From NCBI GenBank assembly GCA_003567725.1, contig PWYU01000084.1, positions 28,102-92,101 on the forward strand: a stretch of 64,000 nt of DNA, written 5' to 3'. Position 1 is the stretch's first letter. Each line of letters opens with the position of its first letter. This DNA is from Syntrophomonadaceae bacterium. Lineage in GTDB: Bacteria; Bacillota; Dethiobacteria; DTU022. The translations under genes were made by a program, and so were the position numbers. The notes beneath the pieces were generated by a model. The model did no database searches. It was not told the origin of the DNA and saw only the letters and a list, made by a program, of their open reading frames with translations. Shown in pieces: positions 47,268 to 56,665 of this stretch.

Positions 47268-47709
47268 TTTTTTCTAGAACCTCCTTTGCCTGTTTCGGAA
47301 CAAGACGCCCGAAAACATCGTCATCAACCATAACCACGGGGGCCAGCGCACAGGAGCCGACGCAGTTTACCCGTTCCAGGCTGAACTTGTAATCCGGTGT
47401 GTTTTCACCGGCCTTGATCCCCATTTCACGTTCTAAGGCATCCATAACCTGCATGCCGCCCCGGACGTGGCATGCCGTTCCCAGGCACACTTTCACCGAT
47501 CGATCGCCGCGCCGGCTGAAATAGAACTGGGAATAAAAAGTGGCAGTACCATAAACTTTGCTTTCCGGTATGCCGATATGGTCGGCAATATCCCGGATTG
47601 CTTCTTCCGGCAGGTAACCGATTTCGTTCTGAACCGCTTGTAGCATGGGGATTACTTCGTTGGGTTTACCTTCAAAACCTGATAAAACTTTTTTGGTTTG
47701 TTCCTGCAA
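47251..47709 (-). CDS. NuoE/HndA-like thioredoxin-fold 2Fe-2S subunit
   Basis: Cys pattern C..C....C...C (CLGTACHVRGG...CVGSCALAP) typical of NuoE 24-kDa subunits. Overlaps the nuoF-like start by 17 nt. Confidence 0.8.
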   Translation of the reverse strand: MQEQTKKVLSGFEGKPNEVIPMLQAVQNEIGYLPEEAIRDIADHIGIPESKVYGTATFYSQFYFSRRGDRSVKVCLGTACHVRGGMQVMDALEREMGIKAGENTPDYKFSLERVNCVGSCALAPVVMVDDDVFGRLVPKQAKEVLEKSDPKV

Positions 47710-48041
47710 ATTCTTCCCTCCATTCCGTTGTCTTAAGGTTTTCCTGCAAAGTATAGCAGATGTTAAATATCCTTACTTATATCCGCACTTATTTTCTCGA
47801 TGGAGTCTGTAAATTCCTGCCCGCAGCAATAAGAGTAAAAATTCAAACAAACGCCTCCAATGGTGGTTCGCTTGCTTTACGCTCCTGAGAACCTTAAATT
47901 GCGGGGCCGGTCCTAAAGTTAAAAAGTGACAACCAGAATCTGGCCGCTAAAGCACAAATTTGCCCCGCTGCGCCGTCCTCAGCGCCTTTAATGCTGAACT
48001 GGATCAATGGTGGAATTAGCGGAGTCAAGCATTATTTCACC

Positions 48042-49259
48042 TTACATGAAAAACAAAAAAGTTAGGGGAACGAACATTTTGATGGCTAAAAGGCGGCAGA
48101 GATGAACCATGGAGATTTTAAAGGGATCAAGATCGTGCTTAATGGCTAAAGCGGTCATGACGGAAAAACCGCCCGGGGCGGCTGCCAGGAAGCTGGTGGG
48201 AAAATCCCAATCAGTAATGCGGTATATTACCCCGGCTATAGCGAAAGAACTGATAAACATCACTGTAGTTGCGATCAAAATTGGCAGCAGGAATTCAATT
48301 TTTACCATGGTGTGAATTGTTTCAGGGGTAATATTTCCGGCCAGGGTTACGCCGATTGCTACTAAAAGGAAACTTACAAATTGTTTTGACAACTTTATTA
48401 GAGGGATTCCTGTAATTGATGCAGCAGCAATAAAGAAGGTTGAACCGATCATTAAGCCTGCCGGGATCCCGATCAACAAAAAAACAAATCCTCCCGCAGT
48501 TGCAATTGCGATAGTAGTTAACCCTTTTACCCAGGAGTACTTTACCGAAACCAGCAAGTTAGCTAATTGGGGGCGGCTCAAGATGGTGATAATCGATCTG
48601 TAATGTAGGCCCCAAAAGTTTTGATTCCTGCTTTTTGGGCGGGCGCTGCCTGGTTCAGGAGCTTTCTTTTGACCGGCGTTCCCAGGCTTATTAGCGCCCA
48701 TCAGTTTGGCACCGGTGTGAGCGGGTGGTCCGGCTAAGGTATTGTTGTTGTTCTCTCTATTCTTGATCCATCCGACAATGGCCGGAAAAAGCATGATTGA
48801 GCCGAGCATTCTCAGCATTTGCATAAAAATGACCACCTCAGCGCTGGCCCCTGAAGCGACAGCCAGCACAGATATTTCCGGTAAGCCGCCCATGCTGGCG
48901 GAAAGAAGTGCTGTTTGGAAATCCATAACCGAAAAACGGTTTAAGAAAAAGCCGATAAAAAGGATCATGGAAAGCGCCCAGATTACAACCACCAGGGCCG
49001 AAGCAGCCATCGGTTTTAGGTTTCGAACTGAATTTTTATCCAGCATGGAGCCAATAAAAATTCCGATAGTGATCTGGGCAACGGGAAAAAGATAATTGGG
49101 AGCATCAGGCAGATCCACATGCAAGGCCCGTAATGCCCCTATTAAAAAGATGGGGCCGATTATTTCCGGCGCCGGGAAACGGAGCCTGGCGAGTAAAAAC
49201 CACCCCACCAGTCCTAATCCAAGTAGAAAAGCCAGGTTTTGCAGGCTTTCAAATGACAT
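48042..49259 (-). CDS. AbrB-family duplicated-domain membrane protein (putative transporter)
   Basis: Two homologous ~6-TM halves separated by a hydrophilic Gly/Pro/Lys-rich linker, a pattern typical of the AbrB duplication family. Confidence 0.5.
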   Translation of the reverse strand: MSFESLQNLAFLLGLGLVGWFLLARLRFPAPEIIGPIFLIGALRALHVDLPDAPNYLFPVAQITIGIFIGSMLDKNSVRNLKPMAASALVVVIWALSMILFIGFFLNRFSVMDFQTALLSASMGGLPEISVLAVASGASAEVVIFMQMLRMLGSIMLFPAIVGWIKNRENNNNTLAGPPAHTGAKLMGANKPGNAGQKKAPEPGSARPKSRNQNFWGLHYRSIITILSRPQLANLLVSVKYSWVKGLTTIAIATAGGFVFLLIGIPAGLMIGSTFFIAAASITGIPLIKLSKQFVSFLLVAIGVTLAGNITPETIHTMVKIEFLLPILIATTVMFISSFAIAGVIYRITDWDFPTSFLAAAPGGFSVMTALAIKHDLDPFKISMVHLCRLLAIKMFVPLTFLFFM

Positions 49260-49704
49260 GACCCTATTATATCATTAAGTGCGGGCCATGTGTTTCGGTA
49301 AATAATTGCGGTTAGATGGCATAAAAACCGCAAACCTCGATAACCTCTGCTTTAGGTCTGCTCAAGCTACTTTGTAACTTAATCCTGCTGCATTGATCCT
49401 TATTAAACTGCAGCTGAGGGATTATTTAAATACCTCTTCAGGCCCCCGCACCCCGGTGAACGAAACCACCCGCCGGGATCTTTTATGATGAGCTTTAACA
49501 AGGATCAGGAAACCTCTTACTATTGATCGCACCGGCCTATCCGGGGTAGGAGTTTTAGAAGGAGAAGTAAGCTGCCAATCCTTTGAAACAGTATTAAAGG
49601 AAAAACTAGACGGCCTTACGCGCCTGCTCAAAGTGAACAGCTTATGATATAATAAAAAAAGTACGGCTTTAACCGGCCGGCAGAGAGAGAGGCTTTAGCT
49701 TTAG

Positions 49705-50382
49705 ATGTTTCCACTGCGCGATACAATCACCTATCATGGCGCAATTATTGCAACTATCGGCCTGATTGCTTTGAACACCCTGGCCTTTTTTTATCAACTT
49801 TCTTTTGGCCCCCAACTTATGCAGCCTTTATTTTACAACTTCGGCTTTGTTCCTTACGCTTTTTTTGAAAATCCAACCGGTGAATTCTGGACTATTTTTT
49901 CCAGCATGTTTTTGCATGGTTCATTTGGTCATCTGATCAGCAATATGTGGTTTATCTGGGTTTTCGGCCCCGCTGTCGAAGGCCGGCTGGGATTCAGGCG
50001 CTTCATTTTACTGTTTCTGCTGTCCGGAGTGGCCGCCGCCCTCACTCAAGGGTTCTTTATGTCCGACAGCACTATTCCCATGGTCGGCGCTTCAGGCGGT
50101 GTATCTGGCATTTTGGGAGCTTACCTGGTTTTGTTTCCGCGGGCCCGTATCCTAACCATCATCCCGCCCTTTATATTCTTTTTCTTTTGGCTTCCGGCTT
50201 CCATTTACCTGGGTTACTGGATTATTATCCAGTTTGTTTACGCGCTTTCCGGCCAGCCCGGAGTAGCCTGGTGGGCCCATATCGGGGGATTCGCCCTTGG
50301 TGCGATTTTAATTTTCTTTATGCGGCCCAGGCGGATTTATAAGGCTGATCCTTTCTGGGAATGCTGGCGTGATTACTGTTAA
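49705..50382 (+). CDS. rhomboid family intramembrane serine protease
   Basis: GASGGVSG (GxSG) catalytic Ser helix and downstream HIGGFALG catalytic His helix. Confidence 0.75.
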   Translation: MFPLRDTITYHGAIIATIGLIALNTLAFFYQLSFGPQLMQPLFYNFGFVPYAFFENPTGEFWTIFSSMFLHGSFGHLISNMWFIWVFGPAVEGRLGFRRFILLFLLSGVAAALTQGFFMSDSTIPMVGASGGVSGILGAYLVLFPRARILTIIPPFIFFFFWLPASIYLGYWIIIQFVYALSGQPGVAWWAHIGGFALGAILIFFMRPRRIYKADPFWECWRDYC

Positions 50383-50424
50383 TGATTATTTTAGTGAAGG
50401 TATAGAATTAGGAGGTCACAGAAA

Positions 50425-51258
50425 ATGGAAAATATTTCTCAACTGTTTTGGATCTTTATTATCATCACCGCCCTTACACCGTACCTGCAGCAGCAGATGC
50501 TTCGCTCGGCCCGCACGCGCAAAATGTCTGATCTGGAGCGCAGCCGGGGCAGCCGGGTTATCACCCTGATTCATCGCCAGGAGGCTTTGAATATTTTAGG
50601 AGTGCCTTTAACGCGCTACATCAATATCGAAGACTCAGAGCAGGTGCTGACCGCTATCCGTATGACCGACAAAAATGTGCCCATTGATTTGATTTTGCAC
50701 ACCCCGGGCGGGCTGGTCCTCGCTTCGGAACAGATCGCAGAAGCCCTCCTGCGCCATCCGGGCAAGGTGACTGTTTTTGTCCCTCACTACGCCATGTCAG
50801 GTGGAACCCTGGTAGCGCTTTCTGCCGATGAACTGGTCATGGATCAAAACGCCGTTCTCGGGCCGCTTGATCCCCAGCTGGGCCAGTGTCCGGCAGCTTC
50901 TCTGGTTAAAGTGTTGGAAGCCAAAGAAGCGAAAGATATTGATGATCAGACCTACATCCTGGCCGATGTGGCCACTAAAGCTTTGCGCCAGATCAAGGTA
51001 ACCGTTAAAAACCTTTTAATTAAGCATATGGATGATGAAGCTGCCGAAAAAACGGCCGCTAAGCTTACCCAGGGGACCTGGACTCACGATTATCCCATTG
51101 ACGTTAATGAAATGGCCGGCATGGGGATTACAGTAAATACGGATATGCCTGCCGATATCTATGCCTTGATGAGTATGTTTCCCCAGCCGCGCACTGCCAG
51201 GCCCAGTGTGGAGTATAATCCCGGGCCGGTTTATCCTTCTGCTCCGAAAGAAAAATAG
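50425..51258 (+). CDS. membrane-anchored ClpP/crotonase-fold serine protease (SDH / S49-related family)
   Basis: N-terminal TM, ILHTPGG and AMSGGTLVALSAD blocks resembling the ClpP-fold SDH (serine dehydrogenase proteinase) family. The assignment is approximate. Confidence 0.45.
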   Translation: MENISQLFWIFIIITALTPYLQQQMLRSARTRKMSDLERSRGSRVITLIHRQEALNILGVPLTRYINIEDSEQVLTAIRMTDKNVPIDLILHTPGGLVLASEQIAEALLRHPGKVTVFVPHYAMSGGTLVALSADELVMDQNAVLGPLDPQLGQCPAASLVKVLEAKEAKDIDDQTYILADVATKALRQIKVTVKNLLIKHMDDEAAEKTAAKLTQGTWTHDYPIDVNEMAGMGITVNTDMPADIYALMSMFPQPRTARPSVEYNPGPVYPSAPKEK

Positions 51259-51328
51259 TTTTAAAAGCAAATATTGTCAGAGCAGCTTTGCTGTGTTAAA
51301 TTAACTGGCGGGAGGTATTAAGCTGGCC

Positions 51329-52972
51329 ATGACTGAACGTATTGATCTATCAAAGCTTGAAAAGAAACTGATCATCCGTCAAATGGAAGAAAAAGATATT
51401 GACGAAGTGGTAGAGCTTTCTAAAATCTGCTTTCCCAATATGGATCCCTGGACTGCCGGGCAGCTTAAAAGCCATACGGAAATATTCCCGGAAGGGCAAT
51501 TCTGTGTAGAATATGACGGCCGCATTATCGGGGCCTCTTCCAGCCTGATTATTGATTTTAACGAATACGAAGACCGGCATACCTTTGATGAAATCACCGA
51601 CGATGGTTACATAACCAATCACGATCCAGAAGGTAAAAACCTATACGGTATAGCAATTATGGTTCATCCTGATTTCCGCCGCCTGCACATCGGCTCCCGG
51701 ATTTATGAAGCACGCAAAAACCTGGCCCGACAGCTCAATTTAGAGAGCTTTTTGGTAGGAGGGCGCATTCCCCACTACCATAAATATGCCGGCCAGATGT
51801 CTGCTAACGAATATGTCCAGCAGGTGATTCAGCAGAAAAGCTATGATCCCGTTTTAAGTTTTCAACTGCTCAGCGGCTTCAAACTTAAATGGGTCAATCC
51901 CAATTATTTAGATGATGATCAGGCTTCTCGTAAATATGCCGTCCTTTTGGAGTGGAACAATGTAGATTACATGCCCAGCTCCAAGCGGCTGTACCTGCGG
52001 GCTTTCCCGGTGCGGATCTGCACTGTGCAGTACATGCTCAAAAGAATCGAGTCTTTCGATGATTTTGCCAGCCAGTGTGAATACTTTGTCGATGTAGCCG
52101 CCCTTGATGATTCTGACTTTGTAGTATTCCCCGAAACTTTCACTATCCAGCTGCTTTCATTCCTGGATGAAACTGTCCCCAGCAGGCAGGTCCGGCGCCT
52201 GGCCGATTTTACAGAAGACTATATCAAGCTTTTTAGCATGCTGGCCGTTAAGCACAATGTAAATATTATTGGCGGATCGCACTTTGTGGAAGAAGAGCAG
52301 CTTCTTTACAATGTCAGCTATGTTTTTCGGCGCGACGGCACTATTGACAGGCAGTACAAGCTCCACATTACCCCTGATGAGCGAAAATGGTGGGCCGTTC
52401 AGCCCGGACAGGAATTAAAAGTTTTTGATACCGATTGCGGAAAAATTGCCATTTTGATCTGCTATGACATCCAGTTTCCCGAGCTGGCCCGCATGGCCGT
52501 AGATAAAGGAGCGCGCATTCTATTCACTCCATTTTGTACAGATGACCGCCAGGGGTACCTTCGGGTGCGGTACTGTTCTCAGGCCAGGGCGATTGAAAAT
52601 CAGGTCTATACCGTTATCTCCGGTACTACAGGGAACCTGACCCATGTTCCGCGCAGCGACACCATGTATGCCCGGTCGGGCATCTTTTCCCCATCGGACT
52701 TTTCCTTCTCCCGGGATGGAATTGTTGGCGAATGCAGCGCAAATATTGAAACTGTTGTCATCGGTGAGGTGGATCTGGAAATTCTGCGCCGTAACCGGAT
52801 TAACGGCACGGTTACCCATCTAAAAGATCGCCGCAGGGATTTGTACAGGGTCTTTGAGGGGACAGCTATTCCCCAAAAAAGATATGGTGAGATTCCTGCC
52901 CCCAGGTCCAGTGAATTCAACGATAGTTCTTCCAGCGACGAACCCGGCCCTGCAGATACGTTAAAAAAATAA
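51329..52972 (+). CDS. bifunctional GNAT N-acyltransferase / carbon-nitrogen hydrolase (nitrilase superfamily) fusion protein
   Basis: N-terminal GNAT fold (IRQMEEKDIDEVVEL...). C-terminal CN-hydrolase with catalytic triad context (E in FPE, K, and ILICYD Cys). Confidence 0.65.
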   Translation: MTERIDLSKLEKKLIIRQMEEKDIDEVVELSKICFPNMDPWTAGQLKSHTEIFPEGQFCVEYDGRIIGASSSLIIDFNEYEDRHTFDEITDDGYITNHDPEGKNLYGIAIMVHPDFRRLHIGSRIYEARKNLARQLNLESFLVGGRIPHYHKYAGQMSANEYVQQVIQQKSYDPVLSFQLLSGFKLKWVNPNYLDDDQASRKYAVLLEWNNVDYMPSSKRLYLRAFPVRICTVQYMLKRIESFDDFASQCEYFVDVAALDDSDFVVFPETFTIQLLSFLDETVPSRQVRRLADFTEDYIKLFSMLAVKHNVNIIGGSHFVEEEQLLYNVSYVFRRDGTIDRQYKLHITPDERKWWAVQPGQELKVFDTDCGKIAILICYDIQFPELARMAVDKGARILFTPFCTDDRQGYLRVRYCSQARAIENQVYTVISGTTGNLTHVPRSDTMYARSGIFSPSDFSFSRDGIVGECSANIETVVIGEVDLEILRRNRINGTVTHLKDRRRDLYRVFEGTAIPQKRYGEIPAPRSSEFNDSSSSDEPGPADTLKK

Positions 52973-53094
52973 GTTGCCGGATTGAACCGGGCTTTTTTAC
53001 CTGGCTTTCAGCCCGGTCCTGATGGTCAGTGGTATTGGCCATGGCGGCCCTGTAACGGCAGCTGTCATCAAGATCGAAGTTTAATTGCTGCCCT

Positions 53095-53352
53095 TTATTT
53101 CCGGGGCCTGTAATACAGGCAGGGCAGGCCGGAAGATTGGTAAACTACCCCGGCGGGGGAAAACCTGGTCTTAAACTCCAAAGCCCGGCAGCCCCGGGGG
53201 AAGTTTTTATCCCAGGTAATATAGTAATGGCGGCACTTTAAGCAGTTGATGGTTATTTTCCTGGCTTGCTTATTTTTCAAAACCGCTCCGCCTTTTAAAA
53301 AGATTATTATACCCGGTTCCTGGTGGCCAAACCGCTCCAGGCTTCTCTTCAC
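53095..53352 (-). CDS. small Cys-containing hypothetical protein (85 aa)
   Basis: ORF track only. C-x2-C...C spacing (CLKCRHYY...GCRALEF). Immediately downstream of the PAS-GGDEF-HD-GYP gene on the same strand. Confidence 0.3.
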   Translation of the reverse strand: MKRSLERFGHQEPGIIIFLKGGAVLKNKQARKITINCLKCRHYYITWDKNFPRGCRALEFKTRFSPAGVVYQSSGLPCLYYRPRK

Positions 53353-53576
53353 CTGAATTTCCAGGCCTGCGCTTTATACTCGTTTCAGTTCTCTTCAGCA
53401 GATTTTACTGTATCGTGACAGCAAAGGCCGTGTCGTTAAGGATATTTTTAAAACCGTAATGCCGGCGAGACGGTTCTCTTGGTTTTTTGCCGGATTTTCT
53501 TTTTGCCAGGGTCATAATCGAACTGTTTTCGCAGGCGCTGCCGGCCTGCTTACTTTTCGCTTTAGCGCCGGTTTGA

Positions 53577-56285
53577 TCAAAAAACTTCAAAAAAATGTTC
53601 CAGCAGCTCTGGATCGAGCCTGGTCCCAGCCTGGGTTTTTAACCGGGCAGCAATTTCCGGCCCTGTTTTTTCCTCCTGGCTTTTTGCTCCATGAATAAGA
53701 TCCTGGTAAGCTTCTGCAATGGCCAGGATGCGGCACTCCACCGGTATATCTCTGCCTTTCAGGCCGGAAGGGTAGCCCGAACCGTCCCAGTTTTCATGAT
53801 GGCATAAAATCAGCTCTGCTATCTCAGATAATTCAGGTGAGGCCTGGGCCAGGCGGTAACCTCTTTCAGTATGCTGGCGGATTCTTTCTTTTTCCGGTTC
53901 GCTTAATTGATCTGCCGGCTTATTTAATAATGCCTCTTTAATGGTGACCATGCCGAGTTCACGGACCTGGGCTAAAAGCAGCAAATTGGAAATCTTTTTT
54001 TCATCACGTGAGATTTTACGGCCCAATTTTAAGCAAAGTTCCTGCAGCTTATCATTGTCGGCTTTCAGGTGGCAATCCCTTTCATAAAGGGTTGCCAGAA
54101 GAAATCTGATTATATTCTCCTTGGCATTGCTGCTGTGTTTGAGCTTGTTTTTATACATTAAATCATCGGCGGCCTGGTAGGTCTCTTCCAGGGTTTGACT
54201 GCCGTTTTCGTTGACGGCCAGGCCCAGGGAAATACTCAAGAACAGGCCGGTACTATTTTCGTTATATTCTGCTAAGCGGTTTTCAATTCGCTTGAGCAGC
54301 GCCTCTCCATCTTTGCGGTTGGTTTTAGGAAGGATAAGCACAAATTCATCTCCACCTACCCGGGCTAAGATATCGGCGCTGCGCAAAGAGCTCTTTAAAA
54401 AAGCGGCGCTCCTCTGCAGGTAAAGGTCACCTTCATAATGGCCGATGGCGTCATTGACAAGTTTTAAACCGTCTAAATCGGCTGAAATAATGGCAATGGG
54501 ATAATTGCGTGAATTTTCAAGGCGTTTAAGTTCGTTTACAAAATAATGGCGGTTGTATAAGCCGGTTAGTTGATCATAAAAGCTCAGGCGCCTGATTCGT
54601 TCTTCAGACTGGTGCCTGATCAAGGCATTACTGATCAGTTCAGCGACTACATTCAAGAGGGTAATCTGGTTATCCAGCCAGAATTTTTTTTCTTTAACAG
54701 CATCGAAGCCCAAAAACCCGAAGAGACGGCCGTTTTTTCTAATCGGCACGCATAGAAGAGATTTTATATCCTGATCTTGAAACACTCGTTTTTCTTTTGC
54801 TGCCTCAACAGGAAGATTATCAACATCCGGAATATGGACATAATCATCATGCTTGATTTTTTCCGCCCACCAGGGTAAGGCTTCAAGGTGATGATTCTGG
54901 TTGTTATCTTTTTGAGGGGTGATCCCTGCTGCGCACCATTCATGGGTATTACTCATCAGTTTTCTATCTTCTGAAAAGCGGAACAGGTAGCTGCGATCTA
55001 CTGCAAAAAAAGCGCCGGTTGCCTGCAGGGCATAGTTAATGCCTCTATCCAGGTTTTCAGGAGGCAGGCTGATGAAAAATGAGGAAAGGTTTGAAATCAA
55101 AGTTTCAAAGGCAAATCTTTCATGAGCAATTTTTTCTGCTGCTTTGCGCTCTGTGATATCTCGGGAAATACCGAATATGCCGGTAGGTTCGTCTTCCTGG
55201 TTGCGTAAAAAATGCATTTTTATTTCGGTCCAGATCTTACTGCCGTTTTTGCAATAATGCTCTATTTCCAGTTCTTGAACTCTGTTCCAGGCGTTTTTTT
55301 CATTTTGTTCCAAAGAGACTGCTTTCTGAAAAAGCATTATGGCTTTGTCAAGTGATGCCGGGGTAAGGGTGGTGCTGATATTTTCGCCAATTAATTCTTC
55401 AGGGCTGAATCCAAGCAATTTTTTGACCGAGGGGCTGATGTGGGTATAGGTTAAGTTCATATCACAGGTCCAGACTATATCACTGACGTTTTCAGACAGC
55501 AGGCGGTATTTTTCTTCACTTTTTCTTAAATCCTGTTCCTGTTTTTTCTGGTCCGTCACATCTCTCAGCTGTTCAATAATATGCATTATATTGCCGTTTT
55601 GATCTAAAATCGGGTTGCTGTGGCAGTCTAAATAGAGATCCATTTCGGGGACATATATTTCTACCCTTTCTATTTGCTTGGTTTGCAAGGCCTTCCTGGT
55701 GGCGCACTTTTCGCACTCCCGGTCCCTTCCGATTAATTCGTAACATTTCCTGTTTTTAACCTGCTCCGGACCTAAACCCAGTAAGTTGTAACCGGCCTGG
55801 TTGTAACGCTCAACCGTGTAATCGGGGTACTGGAGCGCTAAAACATCGGGGATAGCATTAAAAATACCTTCGAGCAGCCTGTTTTGGCTGGCCAGCGCTT
55901 CTTCTGTTTCCCTTTGAGCGGTAATATCCCTTACCCACTCTATTATATATTTTACCTCATTATTTTGATCAAGAATGGGAATAACCCTTTGATCAAGCAA
56001 GGTACCATCCTGCAAGCGGGCTTCCTGCTGGAAAGGCTCTTTGGTTTTAAAAACTTCTACCGCCCGGCACTCAGGGCAGATTTGATCAAAGCCCCTGTAG
56101 GTCCGGTAGCATTTGGTTCCAGGCAACCTTTTATCTTCTGCGACGTCCCCAAATCCCTTCCAGTTGCTGTAGATGATCTTCATATCAGGATCCTGGATGG
56201 ATATCAGATCCGGGATCAAATCCAGCAGTTTATCTGAAGACTGCAGTAAAGTTTTAATCAAGCTTTTTTCCGGCTTGCTGTTCAT
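53577..56285 (-). CDS. multidomain c-di-GMP signalling protein: Cys-motif PAS x2, PAS, GAF, GGDEF (RVGGDEF, I-site RSAD), then HD-GYP with HD replaced by RE
   Basis: GGDEF and HHENWDGSGYP motifs are present. The position aligned to HDIGK in the paralog reads VRELGM. Confidence 0.8.
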   Translation of the reverse strand: MNSKPEKSLIKTLLQSSDKLLDLIPDLISIQDPDMKIIYSNWKGFGDVAEDKRLPGTKCYRTYRGFDQICPECRAVEVFKTKEPFQQEARLQDGTLLDQRVIPILDQNNEVKYIIEWVRDITAQRETEEALASQNRLLEGIFNAIPDVLALQYPDYTVERYNQAGYNLLGLGPEQVKNRKCYELIGRDRECEKCATRKALQTKQIERVEIYVPEMDLYLDCHSNPILDQNGNIMHIIEQLRDVTDQKKQEQDLRKSEEKYRLLSENVSDIVWTCDMNLTYTHISPSVKKLLGFSPEELIGENISTTLTPASLDKAIMLFQKAVSLEQNEKNAWNRVQELEIEHYCKNGSKIWTEIKMHFLRNQEDEPTGIFGISRDITERKAAEKIAHERFAFETLISNLSSFFISLPPENLDRGINYALQATGAFFAVDRSYLFRFSEDRKLMSNTHEWCAAGITPQKDNNQNHHLEALPWWAEKIKHDDYVHIPDVDNLPVEAAKEKRVFQDQDIKSLLCVPIRKNGRLFGFLGFDAVKEKKFWLDNQITLLNVVAELISNALIRHQSEERIRRLSFYDQLTGLYNRHYFVNELKRLENSRNYPIAIISADLDGLKLVNDAIGHYEGDLYLQRSAAFLKSSLRSADILARVGGDEFVLILPKTNRKDGEALLKRIENRLAEYNENSTGLFLSISLGLAVNENGSQTLEETYQAADDLMYKNKLKHSSNAKENIIRFLLATLYERDCHLKADNDKLQELCLKLGRKISRDEKKISNLLLLAQVRELGMVTIKEALLNKPADQLSEPEKERIRQHTERGYRLAQASPELSEIAELILCHHENWDGSGYPSGLKGRDIPVECRILAIAEAYQDLIHGAKSQEEKTGPEIAARLKTQAGTRLDPELLEHFFEVF

Positions 56286-56665
56286 ATCTGGCCACCTTAT
56301 CTGTCAAAAAAATCCTGCCGGTCTGGGAGCAGTAAATTAATGTATAAAATTTCCATACTGTTGTCTAAAGCATTATCCTTCTATTGCAAACCCGGCCAGT
56401 TCTCCAAAAATTTATAAATATAGCCCGCATTATTTATGTTAAGAGAAAAATTTACTCCTTATACAAATAGCAGGATTAGGTCAAACAGTCAAGTCTTAAA
56501 GGCCCGGTATCCTGTAAGGTTTTTAAAACAGGGTTAAGGCACGAGTTTTTTTAAATAATATTTGTTAAAATGCCGTCCGGCCTTTAAGATCAAGGGAGCT
56601 GTTTCTTCCGGTTATGCAGGGCCTGACAGGCTTCAACAATTTTTTAAAAAAGCTTCACCCTTAAG

